A stretch of 63,086 nt of DNA, counting the filler, from Olpidium bornovanus S191 (lineage: Eukaryota > Fungi > Olpidiomycota), in assembly GCA_017911155.1 (NCBI GenBank). It is 31 parts of 31 records of this genome, joined end to end, with 100 filler letters (N's around TTAATTAATTAA, not from the genome) between each part and the next. Parts side by side here need not be neighbours in the genome. Positions count along the whole stretch, not along the records: positions 8,926 to 11,647 come from JAEFCI010007717.1; positions 11,748 to 13,296 come from JAEFCI010000297.1; positions 13,397 to 15,269 come from JAEFCI010007800.1; positions 15,370 to 17,064 come from JAEFCI010005269.1; positions 17,165 to 18,551 come from JAEFCI010005183.1; positions 18,652 to 20,393 come from JAEFCI010007593.1; positions 20,494 to 22,725 come from JAEFCI010005323.1; positions 22,826 to 24,074 come from JAEFCI010000664.1; 23 more parts are not named here. One strand, given 5' to 3'. Of the stretch, positions 11,518 to 23,020 are shown piece by piece. The translations under genes and the position numbers were made by a program. A model generated the notes under the pieces. It searched no databases. It was not told the origin of the DNA and saw only the letters and a list, made by a program, of their open reading frames with translations. Numbering within the stretch: the first letter of the stretch is position 1; each line of letters opens with the position of its first letter.

Positions 11518-12208
11518 GTGCGGTTTTTGAAGATGCGGCACAGGGAGGAACGCGCGTTCCTTGGCCTCCCTCCCCGCAGTATACACTTTTTTCTTTCTTT
11601 TTGCTGACGTCAATCCGGAAACCACGGGGGGGGGGGGGGGGGGGCCCNNNNNNNNNNNNNNNNNNNNNNNNNNNNNNNNNNNNNNNNNNNNTTAATTAAT
11701 TAANNNNNNNNNNNNNNNNNNNNNNNNNNNNNNNNNNNNNNNNNNNNCATGACATTTGACCCGTTTCCCGCCCCTTTCTCTATTGTGGTACAACGTGGTC
11801 AGAACGCTGCCGTCGCAGCGCGCAATCCCAAAACCACTGAAGCCAAAAACACCGCTTTGACTTACCGGCATCGTCGGCTCAAGCTTTGACCAGTTTTGGC
11901 TATCACTCGGGCCGCAACACTAGAAATTACACCCCAGGTACTAAACTTCGCAGACGAGCATTATCTGAACCGGCACCACGACCGCACCTTGGCGCTGGCC
12001 ATAGGCCGCGCCTGTATAACGCGCTAGAACTGGACGTACCTAAGACGTACAAGATGCGGGAATTTTCTCCCACGGAAACATATCCGGAACCGATGCCACA
12101 GGATGTGAATCCGCCATAAGGCAGCGGCCAATCCCAGCAGCGTTCGTTTCCGATTTGGCAACCGCCTTCGTCTCCCACGAACAAACTCCCCAGCGTTTAT
12201 TCCCTCCC

Positions 12209-12289
12209 TGTTGTATTCGGGTTTCGAAGGAGCTCAGAAAGGAGATGCTCTATTCCTTGATTCTATCCTGCTTCATAGAGCTGACAACA
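12209..12289 (-). mobile_element. candidate short LTR (81 bp, TGTTG...CAACA), same family as 35173-35251
   Basis: Perfect 5-bp inverted termini. Shares an exact 17-mer (tagaatcaaggaataga), ctctat and aacccgaa..caaca with the LTR at 35173. Preceded on the minus strand by GGGGCG (weak PPT-like); no PBS follows. Confidence 0.55.
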
Positions 12290-12643
12290 CGCCCCGGTCA
12301 AGATCACGCACCGGTCACGATCGCGACGCGGCCAAGATCCCGCTCCGTGGGCTCCGCCCTCGCCTTTGCTCGTTCCGAGGACGGGTCAGCCCCGCCCTAG
12401 CCTCTGCTCGTTTCGGACGCGGCGCCCGCCCAGCCTTCACCTCAGCTCGCTCCGAGCGGGGCGCCGGCCCCGCCCTCGCTTCCGCTCATTCCGCGCGCGG
12501 CGCCGGCCCGCCCTCGCCTCTGCTCGATCGTTTCGGCGGTCCTACCTTCCTTCTCTTCTCTTCCGGCGTTCTTGCGCGGTTTTCTCTCCCCAGCGCCGTA
12601 GACCACCCTTCCCCTTCCCCACCCTGCAACGCTCCGCCGGTTG

Positions 12644-12733
12644 GGCTCCCTTACGCGTCCAACATCGCGCTCCGGCTCCCTTACGCGTCCAACATCGCGC
12701 TCCGGCTCCCTTACGCGTCCAACATCGCGCTCC
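12644..12733 (+). repeat. 3 x 30-bp perfect tandem repeat
   Basis: ggctcccttacgcgtccaacatcgcgctcc repeated three times with no spacers. Confidence 0.95.
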
Positions 12734-13608
12734 GGCCAACAACACCGTTCCGGTCCGAAAAGCGCGTCGGCCGAGATCGCGCTTCGGCCGAAATTCGCCG
12801 CTCCCAGACTCCGTCCTCACCTCTGCTTCGTTCCGTCTCCGCCGAGGTTTTTTTTTCTGCACCTTCCCCGACGTAGACCAATTACCCACCCTCTGCCTGT
12901 CGAGCTCGCCCTCGCAGTCTGCCCCCCACGGCGCGCCGCCCTCCTCTCCACCACGGCGCTCGTCCGAGGTCACGCGTCCAGTCGAGATTACGCTCCAGCG
13001 GAGAGAGGGGCGCCACGGCCGAGGGCTTCCTCTCGGGCTCGGCGAGCGCGGCGCGCGCGGCAAACGCCGGGCCGGCCGTCCCGAGCGCGTGGTTGGTTTT
13101 TCGCACGCGCTCGGCGGTGCCGTTTGGGCGGGGTCCGCGGGGGCACCCCGGTTGTCAAGTTAGCGCGCCTCACGTCATGCACCAACTTTTGAGCTCTCTC
13201 CGGCGCGCGTGTGTGGTGGCAGTGGGCGTGGCGATAATTATCACAGTTTTTCCAAAATTGCGCCGGATAAAATGTGTGGGCGAACGGGGGAGAGGGNNNN
13301 NNNNNNNNNNNNNNNNNNNNNNNNNNNNNNNNNNNNNNNNTTAATTAATTAANNNNNNNNNNNNNNNNNNNNNNNNNNNNNNNNNNNNNNNNNNNNAAAT
13401 TTCCGTCACGGTCCAGACGAGCGAGTCTATAACAGGGCGGTTTCCAGATCCTTCAATGCGGCCTGTAGCCTGCTGCTGCTGCGGGGGCAGCAGGCTAATT
13501 AAAACTTGATGAATGGGAAGAGTGGATAGATCGATGTCGCCGCGTTCCGCGTGCTCGTAGACACGGACAACCTCCAAATTTCCGTCACGGTCCAGCTGGC
13601 CCATATGG

Positions 13609-14164
13609 TTAAATGGTATATGAGGAATTATGCGAATAAGGCCGAGGCAAGACCAAAAGCCAAGTGAGCAAACTTACCTGCAGGACCACATCCTTTCCAA
13701 GATGCTTGGACATAAGCTCTTCCCGATGGTGCTCCACAGCAAGCAGAAGACAGCGCCTTTGCTTAGGCATCAAAGCTAGAGCATCTAGAAGAAAACAGTG
13801 CATTTTAGCGTCAAGCGTCTCCACGGTTAGGGACTTTTTTGGGATTGCGCGGCAAGCCAAACGTACCTTCATAACTTTTGGGGAGGACCGCGACCGCAGC
13901 GGCTTGAGATGATCCGAGGTTTGTGGGAGGTTCGGCCGACGGCCCTACACGGCTTTCCCACTCCCGCACCTTGCGCAGCATGTACTCTTTGAACTCCTCA
14001 GAAGGCTCCTCGCCGATGCGGGGGAGGAATTGGCGGAGCGCTTCGGGGAGCGCGAAGGCGCCAGCGGAGGGTGGCTGGCCGGGCGGAACGGGAACGGTTC
14101 CTGAGGAGGATTGCGTGGCTCCATGCAAAGCGGGAGCAGCGGAGTCAGCACGGTTTTCCGACAT
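13609..14164 (-). mobile_element. possible degenerate retroelement gag-like remnant
   Basis: Two overlapping minus-strand frames (..LPKSYEGTFGLPRNPKK / KSLTVETLDAKMHCFLLDALAL..) with no splice pattern. Resemblance to gag N-termini is weak. Confidence 0.2.
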
Positions 14165-15369
14165 GGTTGCAACCCACGGGGTTCTTGAGGTGGTGCGGAC
14201 GCTTTAGGGAACTATCCGAGAGGGAAACGGCGGTGCGGGCAACTAGGCGAACCACTTGCTAACAAGCACCGGACAAAAGATGCTTATAGCAAGGACCAAC
14301 CTGTCGGCATTGTAAGCAAGACAGGGACGTTCGGGATATGTTTTACTGGAGCGGTTTTCTCCCGACTGACCGCCGACCGCGAGGTGGGGGCAACAGAAGG
14401 CAGGCGTCGCGGTAGTAGCAGGGGTTTTCTTCCCCGGCAAAAGAGGGTGAGCGCTGGTCCACGTGATCCTATTAGTATGTATGGGTCGTGTTTCTTCCGG
14501 GAAAAAAAATCGGGGTTGGGGGGGCGGTTATTTATGCGCACACTGCACTTACTCAGGGGCGGGCTGGGGGGTGCTTGGGGGGGAGGGGGGGGTGGGAGGG
14601 GGGGGATGGCCCGGGTGGGGGATATTTTGGGCATATTTCCGGGCGGTTGATATTGCCCACCCCCCACTTCTTTTTTGATAAGCCACCCCCCAGCCCCCCC
14701 ACGCCACACACCCACACACTAGGGTGGGGGGCACGAAAATTCATTGCCCGGCATGCCGGCATGGCCTGGCGTGCCTGGCACACAGTGGCACGGAGTGGCC
14801 CATGTGGTGCAGCCATGGCTGTGCCATGCTCTATACACATTAGCTGTGTATATTCTCTGGTTTATAGAGCGTTCATTGGTTGGTAAAACAGTTCTGGGCC
14901 TTCTGGCATAACTGGCAAACACCCCTTTGTGAAGGGTGCAGCGATTCTGGTTCAAATCCATATATTGGAGTGTTCCTCACATTGCTTTTTTGCCCAAATT
15001 CCCTCTTACCTTAGCTATGTGTGATTTACCATGATAAATGTTACCCATTGTTGAAGAATGGTAGTTGGGTTAGGGATGGAGCAATGGTTCAACTTTGATG
15101 ACTGGAGGGTCAAACAGATACTTTCTGCCGCTCGGAAACGGGCTAGGGTCATGCGGATTGTACAAAAACGGTTTCGTTTTCTCGACATATGTCAGAACAG
15201 GACGGCGCTTTGACATTTTCCCTTACATATTATGAAAAAAGAGCAAAAAAAGAATTCGGAACAATGAAANNNNNNNNNNNNNNNNNNNNNNNNNNNNNNN
15301 NNNNNNNNNNNNNTTAATTAATTAANNNNNNNNNNNNNNNNNNNNNNNNNNNNNNNNNNNNNNNNNNNN

Positions 15370-15939
15370 AGGGTCCCGTGCGCGGTGTTGGCGGCCCTGC
15401 CCCTGGAATGATGATGCCGCAACGGCCTGGAATGCCCGTTGCCGCCGCCGGCCCGGTCGCGTACGGTCGCCCTCCGATGCCGGGGCAGCCGCCAATGCCC
15501 GGTCAGATGCCGCCGAGACCGCCAATGGGTGCCCCACCTGGCTTCCGCCCCCCGATGGGCGTGCCACCCCCGCCAATGGGAGCATACCCGCCAGTGGCCA
15601 GCGGGCCGCCCGGTCGCGGCATGCCCATTGCCGCCCACTTGCAGCAGCGACCGCCCATGCCTGGCGCCGTAAGCTTGGTTCCTTTGCTTTGTCTTTGCGT
15701 TTGGTGGCTTTGTTCCGGGACGGAACCGCAGTCGCGAACTTGTCCAAAAGTCGTTTATAAGCCTGATGCAACGCGTCGCCTCCCCGTTTCTCTTCCTTGC
15801 CTTTTTCCCGAATGTTTGATGCGAAAAGATTCCTCCGCCTGGATTCCAAGGACCTCCTCCCGGCATGGTGGGACGCGGCATGCCTCCTCCGCCCCCCGGC
15901 TTCCCTGGCCGCGGCGGCCCGCCGCCGAGACCGCAATGA
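15370..15939 (+). CDS. SMB1: snRNP core protein SmB/B', C-terminal Pro/Gly-rich part
   Basis: GPVRGVGGPAPGMMMP matches the SmB post-Sm-fold motif and is followed by PPGM-type repeats. Intron 15669-15828; last exon IPPPGFQGPPPGMVGRG..PQ*. Confidence 0.8.
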
Positions 15940-17164
15940 TGAGGAGTCGTTTTACGCCAAAGGATAGTTTGCGCCTTCTTACGCAGTTCGAGACACTCAG
16001 AAGAAGGTCATTCTTTGCTGAAATGCTTTATCGCACGATCGGGCCGCGCGCCGGCTCCGCATTTCTCGCAATGTGGCATAACGGCCGTTTGGAGGAGAAT
16101 CCAGAAATTTTCAAAGTAAAACCGATATTGCGCGGGTTGCATCTGCACCCGGTTTGAGTCGTTGCACGTCATGGTACGACAAGCCTGCCGCCCAGCGGAG
16201 TTGACGGACACAAGAGTTGTGCGCCGGAGCGTCTTTTTGCCAAGCCGTATGGCATATGTGCTTTTGACTGCTGTTTGTTTGTAGATGGTGACTTCATCAG
16301 ATTTCCCATCCCATCCCATACGGGAGGCTGGGTCGTAGCCGCTGTGCGTACCCGCAACAGGCGCATAAATTAATTCCTTTTGTCTTCCCCGTAAGGCCGT
16401 ACAAAAGGGCGTGGAGTAGATACTCTTGTTAGAATTAGATGTCCCTTCGTTTCTGGTTGGCATGTAGGCTGCCTTCTGCGCTCGCGAGCCGGGAGCGAGT
16501 TTACACAGGTTCAATCACGTGACCCTCAAGCGATCCTTTCCTCCTCCGCTCCCTGCCTTTTGTTGCTGTATGCGCTTTGGCTCGCTCCCGCCCAGCAGCA
16601 GCAGCAAGCCGCTGCCCTTGCCCCAATCACCGCCCTCGCGCCGTACAGTGAAGTGCACAAGACTCAAACTGAACTACTTGCCCAATGGTCGGGGTTGCGC
16701 GTGAACTTCCCGGCTAGTTCCCACGTGTCGATCAACGTGCTAACTGATGTTTGGCTGCCGCGGCGGAAGGAAGCTGTTGGTGCGCCAAGCCAGATAACCC
16801 CTCTTGCCCCCCCCCAATTGATCCTTCACACTGTTGCAGCGTCACTTGCTGGCTTCATCGTGCGAGGTGGTTAATGCGCTAACCCGATGCCTGTGGTGAC
16901 AGAAGGAAACTGTTAATGCGCCAAAACCAGATCAAAACCGCAACTGATCCTTCATCTTGCTGCACTTGTGTGGATCATGGCAGCTCGCGGGCTTCTGCGA
17001 CTGGTGGCCCTTTGCACTTTCACGTCGTGGCAGGAAACAAAACTGCGGAAAGTTTTATTTTCCCNNNNNNNNNNNNNNNNNNNNNNNNNNNNNNNNNNNN
17101 NNNNNNNNTTAATTAATTAANNNNNNNNNNNNNNNNNNNNNNNNNNNNNNNNNNNNNNNNNNNN

Positions 17165-18376
17165 CGTCGTGATGATGTCGCAGATGTAGAACTCCAGGAA
17201 TGTGAGCCGCGGCAGCCACCGCGCCGCGTTGGCGAGCAGCGGGCTGCCCAGCGTCTTGAGCTTGTAGAAGACGAGCTTGCGCATGCTCGCCGCGTACAGC
17301 TCGTGCGGCCGCGATGCGTTCGCCGCGGCCGCGGCGGCGGTCAACTCCTTCTTGCCGCGCTTCCGGAGCCAGCTCTTCTTCGACAACGAGCCGAGCGGGA
17401 CGCCGGAAATTTCCGCCTTTGCCGCCGGGGCTTCCGCGGCCGATTCCGCCGGCACCGGCCCCGGTCCCGGCTCCGCCGCTGCTGCCCCCGCCGCCGATTC
17501 CGTTGATGCCGCCGCCCCCGTTTCCGCCGCCCCAACCGGTCGACCGCCCGAACCCGCCGTGCTCGACACCGCCAGCGGCTCCACCCGAAGGTCGCTCGGA
17601 GATTTATCCCGGTCCCCTTCGCCGACGGCGGCATCGAACAGGCTCAGGAAGAGCGTGGCCTTCTCGAGCGACGAAAAGTGCGCTTGCTGCCACAGGATCT
17701 TCGTGGCGCAGTGGTACCACAGGCGGCTGACGAACAGGCAGCGGTAGACGTCGGCGTTGTCGCCGACGAACTCGAGTGCCGACATCAGGAGCTCGGGTAT
17801 TTCCAGCGGGTGCGGCTGCCGGCACCTCGCTTTCGTCGGCCGGGGCAGGGGCGGAAACGTCTCGTCGTCATTGAGCAGCGGGATGAGCTGCTGGTTTCGT
17901 CGGCCGGCGGCGGCGGGACGCTCCTCCGGATTCTGAAGCACCTCCGGCCCCGGCCGCCGCCGCCGCTGCAGCTGCATCTGCAGCTGCGCCGGCGGCGGCG
18001 GAGAGTGGCGGGGCAGGCATTGCGGCTTCAGGACCTTCGGCGGGGCGGTGGCGGCCGGGTGCTGCTGGCCCGCCCCTCGGATTTCTTGCCACTCGCCGCC
18101 GGCGGGGTCTTTCTCCCGCGCCGCCGCCGAGCCCGCGTGCGGGGAAGGCGTCCGCTTCTTCGCCTCCTTCGGGAAGCACTTGTTCCGCTTCCTCCGGTGG
18201 AAGAACGCGGCCAGCCTTCCCGGCTGGAGATGGTGGTGGCCCCGCGGCGGCGGCGGCGACGACGGCGGAGCCGGCGGCGGATTCGCCACGCCCGCGGCGC
18301 CGCTGCCGCCGGTGCGGGCGTTGGCGAGCGGCAAAGGCCGCTCTTGCTTTCGAGCGACTCCTGCTTTCGAGCACAT
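17165..18376 (-). CDS. F-box/LRR protein (AMN1-like), 3' partial
   Basis: F-box-like HPLEIPELLMSALEFV..VYRCLFVSRLWYHCATKILW, then LRR-like LPRLTFLEFYICDIIT. Start at 18376 is tentative. Confidence 0.7.
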
Positions 18377-18425
18377 GCAAAACCCCGCCCAAAAAAAAAA
18401 AAAAAAAAAAAAAAAGGAAAAGGGG

Positions 18426-18459
<34 letters not shown>

Positions 18460-18653
18460 AGAGAGAGAGAGACAGAAAACGGGGTACGATCTGGAATCGC
18501 GCACGGGAGGAGCTGAACGTAAAAGACGAAGACGGAAGGGCCGCACCCACANNNNNNNNNNNNNNNNNNNNNNNNNNNNNNNNNNNNNNNNNNNNTTAAT
18601 TAATTAANNNNNNNNNNNNNNNNNNNNNNNNNNNNNNNNNNNNNNNNNNNNCC

Positions 18654-18772
18654 GAGTACGACCTGTGGCATTCGCGACTCGGTCACCTTGGCCAACAAAA
18701 TATGCGCCTCCTACAAAAACAGGCCGACGGAAAAATCACCGACGCTAAACTATGGTCGCCCACTGAAACATG
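18654..18772 (+). mobile_element. Ty1/copia GAG-pre-integrase fragment
   Basis: EYDLWHSRLGHLGQQNMRLLQKQ..TETC contains the LWH.RLGH signature. Confidence 0.8.
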
Positions 18773-20162
18773 TCCTGCGCCGCCGGGTCCGACGCCCAGC
18801 CGCTCGTCCGCGGGCGCCCGCTCGTCCCGGAGAAGAACAGCCGCCGGCGCGCGTGCCAGCGGCGGCACTTTCCCCAGTCGGAGTTCGCCAGGTAAGAAAA
18901 AACAAAAAAAAAAAAAAAAAAACCGAAAGAAAAAGGTCTATTGTTTCGAATTTTCGTTTTTCCCCCCCCCCGCCGGGGCCCCCCCCCCCTCCTCCCTCCT
19001 TACCTCCACTCACTTTCTCCGGCGGTTGTGGTGGGGTGGGGGACGCTTTTCTGGAACAACCGCCGTGAGAAAACAAACAAAGGGCGATGGAATTCAAAGC
19101 TTTGACGGCAGGGGTGTACGGAGGCGCGCCTCTCCGGGGCGGCGCGCCCGAAGGCGGCGCCCTCCGGCCGCGGGCGGGACACGCCGGCCACGCGCAGCCG
19201 GCCCTCCGGCCCTCAAACGGCTGCCGCTTTTCGGAAAAAGACGACGCCGGCCCCCCGTCCGCCTGCCCGCCCCGTAAACTTCGGCCCTCTCTCGACGAGA
19301 CCTGGCTGGTGAAGGTGTGGTGCAGGGGGGGTGGGGGGGCGGAGAGGTCGGCCGGTCTTACTTTGGGTTTGAACAAGGTTTTTTCTTGTTGCTTCCGGGC
19401 GGTTCGGTCTGAACATCTCTTCTTCTTTGCTTGCTTTGCGGCGGTTAACAACCAGGCGAGCGAGAACGCGCTGCGTTCGCTCGCCCCGGAGAATCCCGAC
19501 GTGGAGGATCTGAAGAGAACGGTCGTCAAAACCAACCTAGTCAGCATGTACCGGAACGACTACTGCTCCTGCGACCGGAGATCAGGTAATCCGGGTGTTT
19601 CAGCCGGTGCTTGTTCTTTTTTTTTTTTTTCGCACTCCCCCCCCCTCCTTCAACCCCACCTGTCTAAAACGCGAAAATTGCAATCCCGCCGCCTCGCGCC
19701 TTGGGCGGCGCCGCAAAACAAAAACCAAAACAAAAAACAAAACAAAAACCAAAACAAAAAAAAGGCCGGACCGAAACGCTCCCCCCGAAGAGCGCTTCGG
19801 AGATCCCGGCGCCGCTGAGCCTGAAGGCGGCGGTCTTCCGGAACGCGAACGGCGGCGGCGGACCCGCGGGCGCGGACATCTCCGCGCGGCCGCACCAGCG
19901 GGACCGGGCGCGCGGCTCCGACGGGTTCCAGCGGGGCTCCAACAGGTACGCCACCACGTACGGCCTCGCCTACGAACCGCCGCCCGAGATCCCGCCCGAG
20001 GCCAGGCCTGACGGCCGCGCGTGCCGCGACAGGGACAGGTCCGGCTCCGCCACCGCCGCCGCCGGGAGCGCCCGCGCGACGGTGCCGCCGGCGGGTCGTC
20101 GCTCCGGGGAAGCCGGGTTTCCGGGCCCCGGGGCGGAGGGGCGACGACTTCCTGCCCGTTGA
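18770..20162 (+). CDS. multi-exon hypothetical protein
   Basis: ATG at 18770 (MSCAAGSDAQPLVRGRPLVPEKN..) with a GTAAG donor near 18891. Further exon ASENALRSLAPENPDVEDLKRTVVKTNLVSMYRNDY, and a terminal segment ..SNRYATTYGLAYEPPP..* at 20160-20162. Exon chain uncertain. Confidence 0.4.
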
Positions 20163-20941
20163 TGACAACGGCCCGGGCAGGCCGGGGGAGAAAAACGATA
20201 AAATTAGAAAGAAAGACGAGCGAGGGGTTGTTCGTCGTCGGAAAGTGGTGAGGAGTAGGGGCCGGGGTGGAGTGGTGGCCTGCGCGTGGTATGCTGCAGC
20301 CCGGGGAAAGGGGAAAGGGGGAGAAAGGGGGGACATCCACAGGAATTTTAGGCGATTGGCGCTGGCACGTTCCGTTTAAGCACAAAATCATGCNNNNNNN
20401 NNNNNNNNNNNNNNNNNNNNNNNNNNNNNNNNNNNNNTTAATTAATTAANNNNNNNNNNNNNNNNNNNNNNNNNNNNNNNNNNNNNNNNNNNNGATGTAA
20501 AAGCTTGTCTTCGATTTGTGCTACGATGCTCTATTCTGTGCTATGGTACTCCTTTCCCCAGATTGCAGCAGGCAGGCTTTTTCGGGGTTACTATCTCATC
20601 TCCGGTATTGCATGATGATGGACAGCAAACGGAAGATGGCCCGCATGACGACGCGTGGCAAATAGGAACAGGGGAGTGAACGGACCTCGCCCGCGCTGCA
20701 CATTGGTGTTGGACTTGCGGTCACGTGACCGTCGATTGTCAACCTGACAAACATCCTCTTCCCTCTTGGAAGAACCCCCTCCCCCGGTCGCGAGCAAAAC
20801 GAGCGCCGTCGCCGCCACGACCGTCGAACACGCACGCCGCCTCCTGCGCCTCGCCCCGCTGAGCCTGCCGCCTCCCCTTCCCCGTCCTCCTCCACCCCAC
20901 CGGCCCCCCCACTCCGCTCCGCGAACAACCCGGACTCCGCA

Positions 20942-22594
20942 ATGTTTGCTCTGGTCCGCCGCTTTTTCTCCGAGCCGCTGTTGTCGCCAGAGACTTCCGA
21001 GGCGGTGCAGGCAGCGTACCTGCGGCCCTTGCACCTGTCGAAACTGGCCGACCATTTCCATGTCGTGTTGGCTTCTTCCCTGGCCTGCGTCTTTCTCAGG
21101 GCCGCCTCCGGCCTCCTGTGCCCCATTCTGTGCCCGCGCACCTACCCGCGCCTCACGGGTCCGCAGAAACGCAACTGGGACATTCGCGTGGTCTCCATGG
21201 TCCACTGCCTCCTCATCGTCTGGGGCGCTCTCCAAGTACGGGAAAACCCCAAGCTGAAGCAGGACCGAGTGTTTGGATACGACTTTGTTGCAGGGTGCGT
21301 CTTCCTTGGGGTGGGGGGGGGACTGTCCAACCCTATCACTGCCGCCTCATCTTCCCGTCGCAGAGAGCCCGTCTTGTGCCCTGGGACCGGGCTCGGTATC
21401 TGCTGTGCGGTGGAACACCTTGCGTGTTGCACCAGGGGGGCAAATCCCTTTCTGCGGGATAAGCGGTTGGCTGTTATCTGCTAAAACTGGGCTCCTCATT
21501 TGTTCGTTCCACGTCGCGTCTTATCATCAATTTGCGCTTCCGGTAGGAATGTCTACTCCGTTGCGACAGGGTAAAAACCAGCTGGTGCCTTTTTATTTGC
21601 TGTGCACGCAGTTCGACTTGTTTAACTCCTGACGTCCTCGCCCCGTTCCTCCCCGCGAACTTGCGCTACCTAGCTATTTCCTATGGGATGCGATTGTCAC
21701 GCTGTGTCGTATCAAGGAGAATGGTGTGGGATTCTTCCTGCACGGCGCCGCGTGCTTCTTCGTGTTCATTTTCGCTTTTGTACGTTTCCCAGCCGGTTCA
21801 GCTGATCCTCGACGCGTGTGTGCCACGCGGCTGACCTGGTCGAGCCGTATCTTTCCTGACGACACTAGAAACCGTTTCTCATGTATTGTGAGTAGTATGA
21901 CGCTCTTATCCTCGTTAGCGTACCGGCGGCACCGTTCTATTAAAATCTCAACTTTCCTTCCAGACGGCGCTGCGTTCTTGATGTTTGAACTGTCAACGCC
22001 GTTCCTGAACATCAACTGGTTTATGGACAAGATGGGAATGGCGGGTTCGCTTTTGCAGCTGATCAACGGCATCGTGCTGCTGACCGCGTTTTTCTGCGCG
22101 CGGATTGTTTTTGGGTTTGTCGCCAGTTGGCAAACGTATGGTATGGATTAGGCCGGGCGTTCCGCTCGCAACGTCAAGGGTGTGTTTTGTTCTCGTTTTT
22201 CGGCTACGTTGCTAAACGATAGAAAACGCGTCGAAACCAGTATCTGTGGAGGCCACCAAGCCTTTGGTGCCTACTTTTTTGATTGTTCTCTACACCGTTG
22301 CGAATCTTGTAGGCATGCGTCGCGTAGTGCCGGTTGTTCCTTTTATTGTTTTTCTGTGTATGCTCTCCGGGAGCAAGGTCTGCTCATTAACGAAACTCCT
22401 GTTTTCCTGTCCGTCAGCTTCTCAATGGACTGAACATATACTGGTTCGGCATGATGATTAAAGCTCTTCGGAAACGATTCAACTCCAAGTCTACAAAGGC
22501 GAATATTACCAACGAAGGCCTGAAGAAACTCGACAGCAAGATTTCGGTCACCTTGACGGAGGTTGACGATGAGATCAATAAGAAACAGTTGTGA
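20942..22594 (+). CDS. TLC (TRAM/LAG1/CLN8) domain membrane protein, TMEM56/TDA4-like, multi-exon
   Basis: NWDIRVVSMVH, GYFLWD, FFLHG, FLMFELSTPFLNINWFMDK, NGLNIYWFGMMIKALRKRF; stop TGA at 22592-22594. Confidence 0.88.
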
Positions 22595-22896
22595 GGAAAG
22601 TGGTCATGCCTTGCGGACCTGGAAGCTGATCTGTTTAGATCGGGCCGTTCCTGTGTTTTATGTTGCTCTTTCAACCTCCACACTCCTTTTGGAGGTAATC
22701 TGGTCTTATACCCCTCCCCGCTCCCNNNNNNNNNNNNNNNNNNNNNNNNNNNNNNNNNNNNNNNNNNNNTTAATTAATTAANNNNNNNNNNNNNNNNNNN
22801 NNNNNNNNNNNNNNNNNNNNNNNNNGGAGGCGCCGTGCTAACAAACACACCTCCCCCGCGGCGTGAGCCGCGTCTGTGGTCGCCCCCCGCCCAAAA

Positions 22897-22947
<51 letters not shown>

Positions 22948-23020
22948 AAGAAAAAAAGGAAAAAAAGGGAAAAGAACAAAAAAAGAAAAGAAAATAAAAG
23001 GAAAAAAAAAAATGAAAGGC

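Noticed and set aside
12644-12733. CRISPR-like array (also considered for 3945-4088 and 44512-45480)
   Set aside because: Units are directly adjacent with no unique spacers, there are no cas genes, and the context is eukaryotic.
14243-14275. Minus-strand CAAGTGGTTCGCC as an LTR end plus PBS for the gag-like remnant
   Set aside because: I could not match it to a tRNA 3' end or define an LTR.
16560-17064. Short ORFs after SmB (QQQQQAAALAPITALAPYSEV..)
   Set aside because: Could be an exon, but no motif, start or splice chain supports a call.
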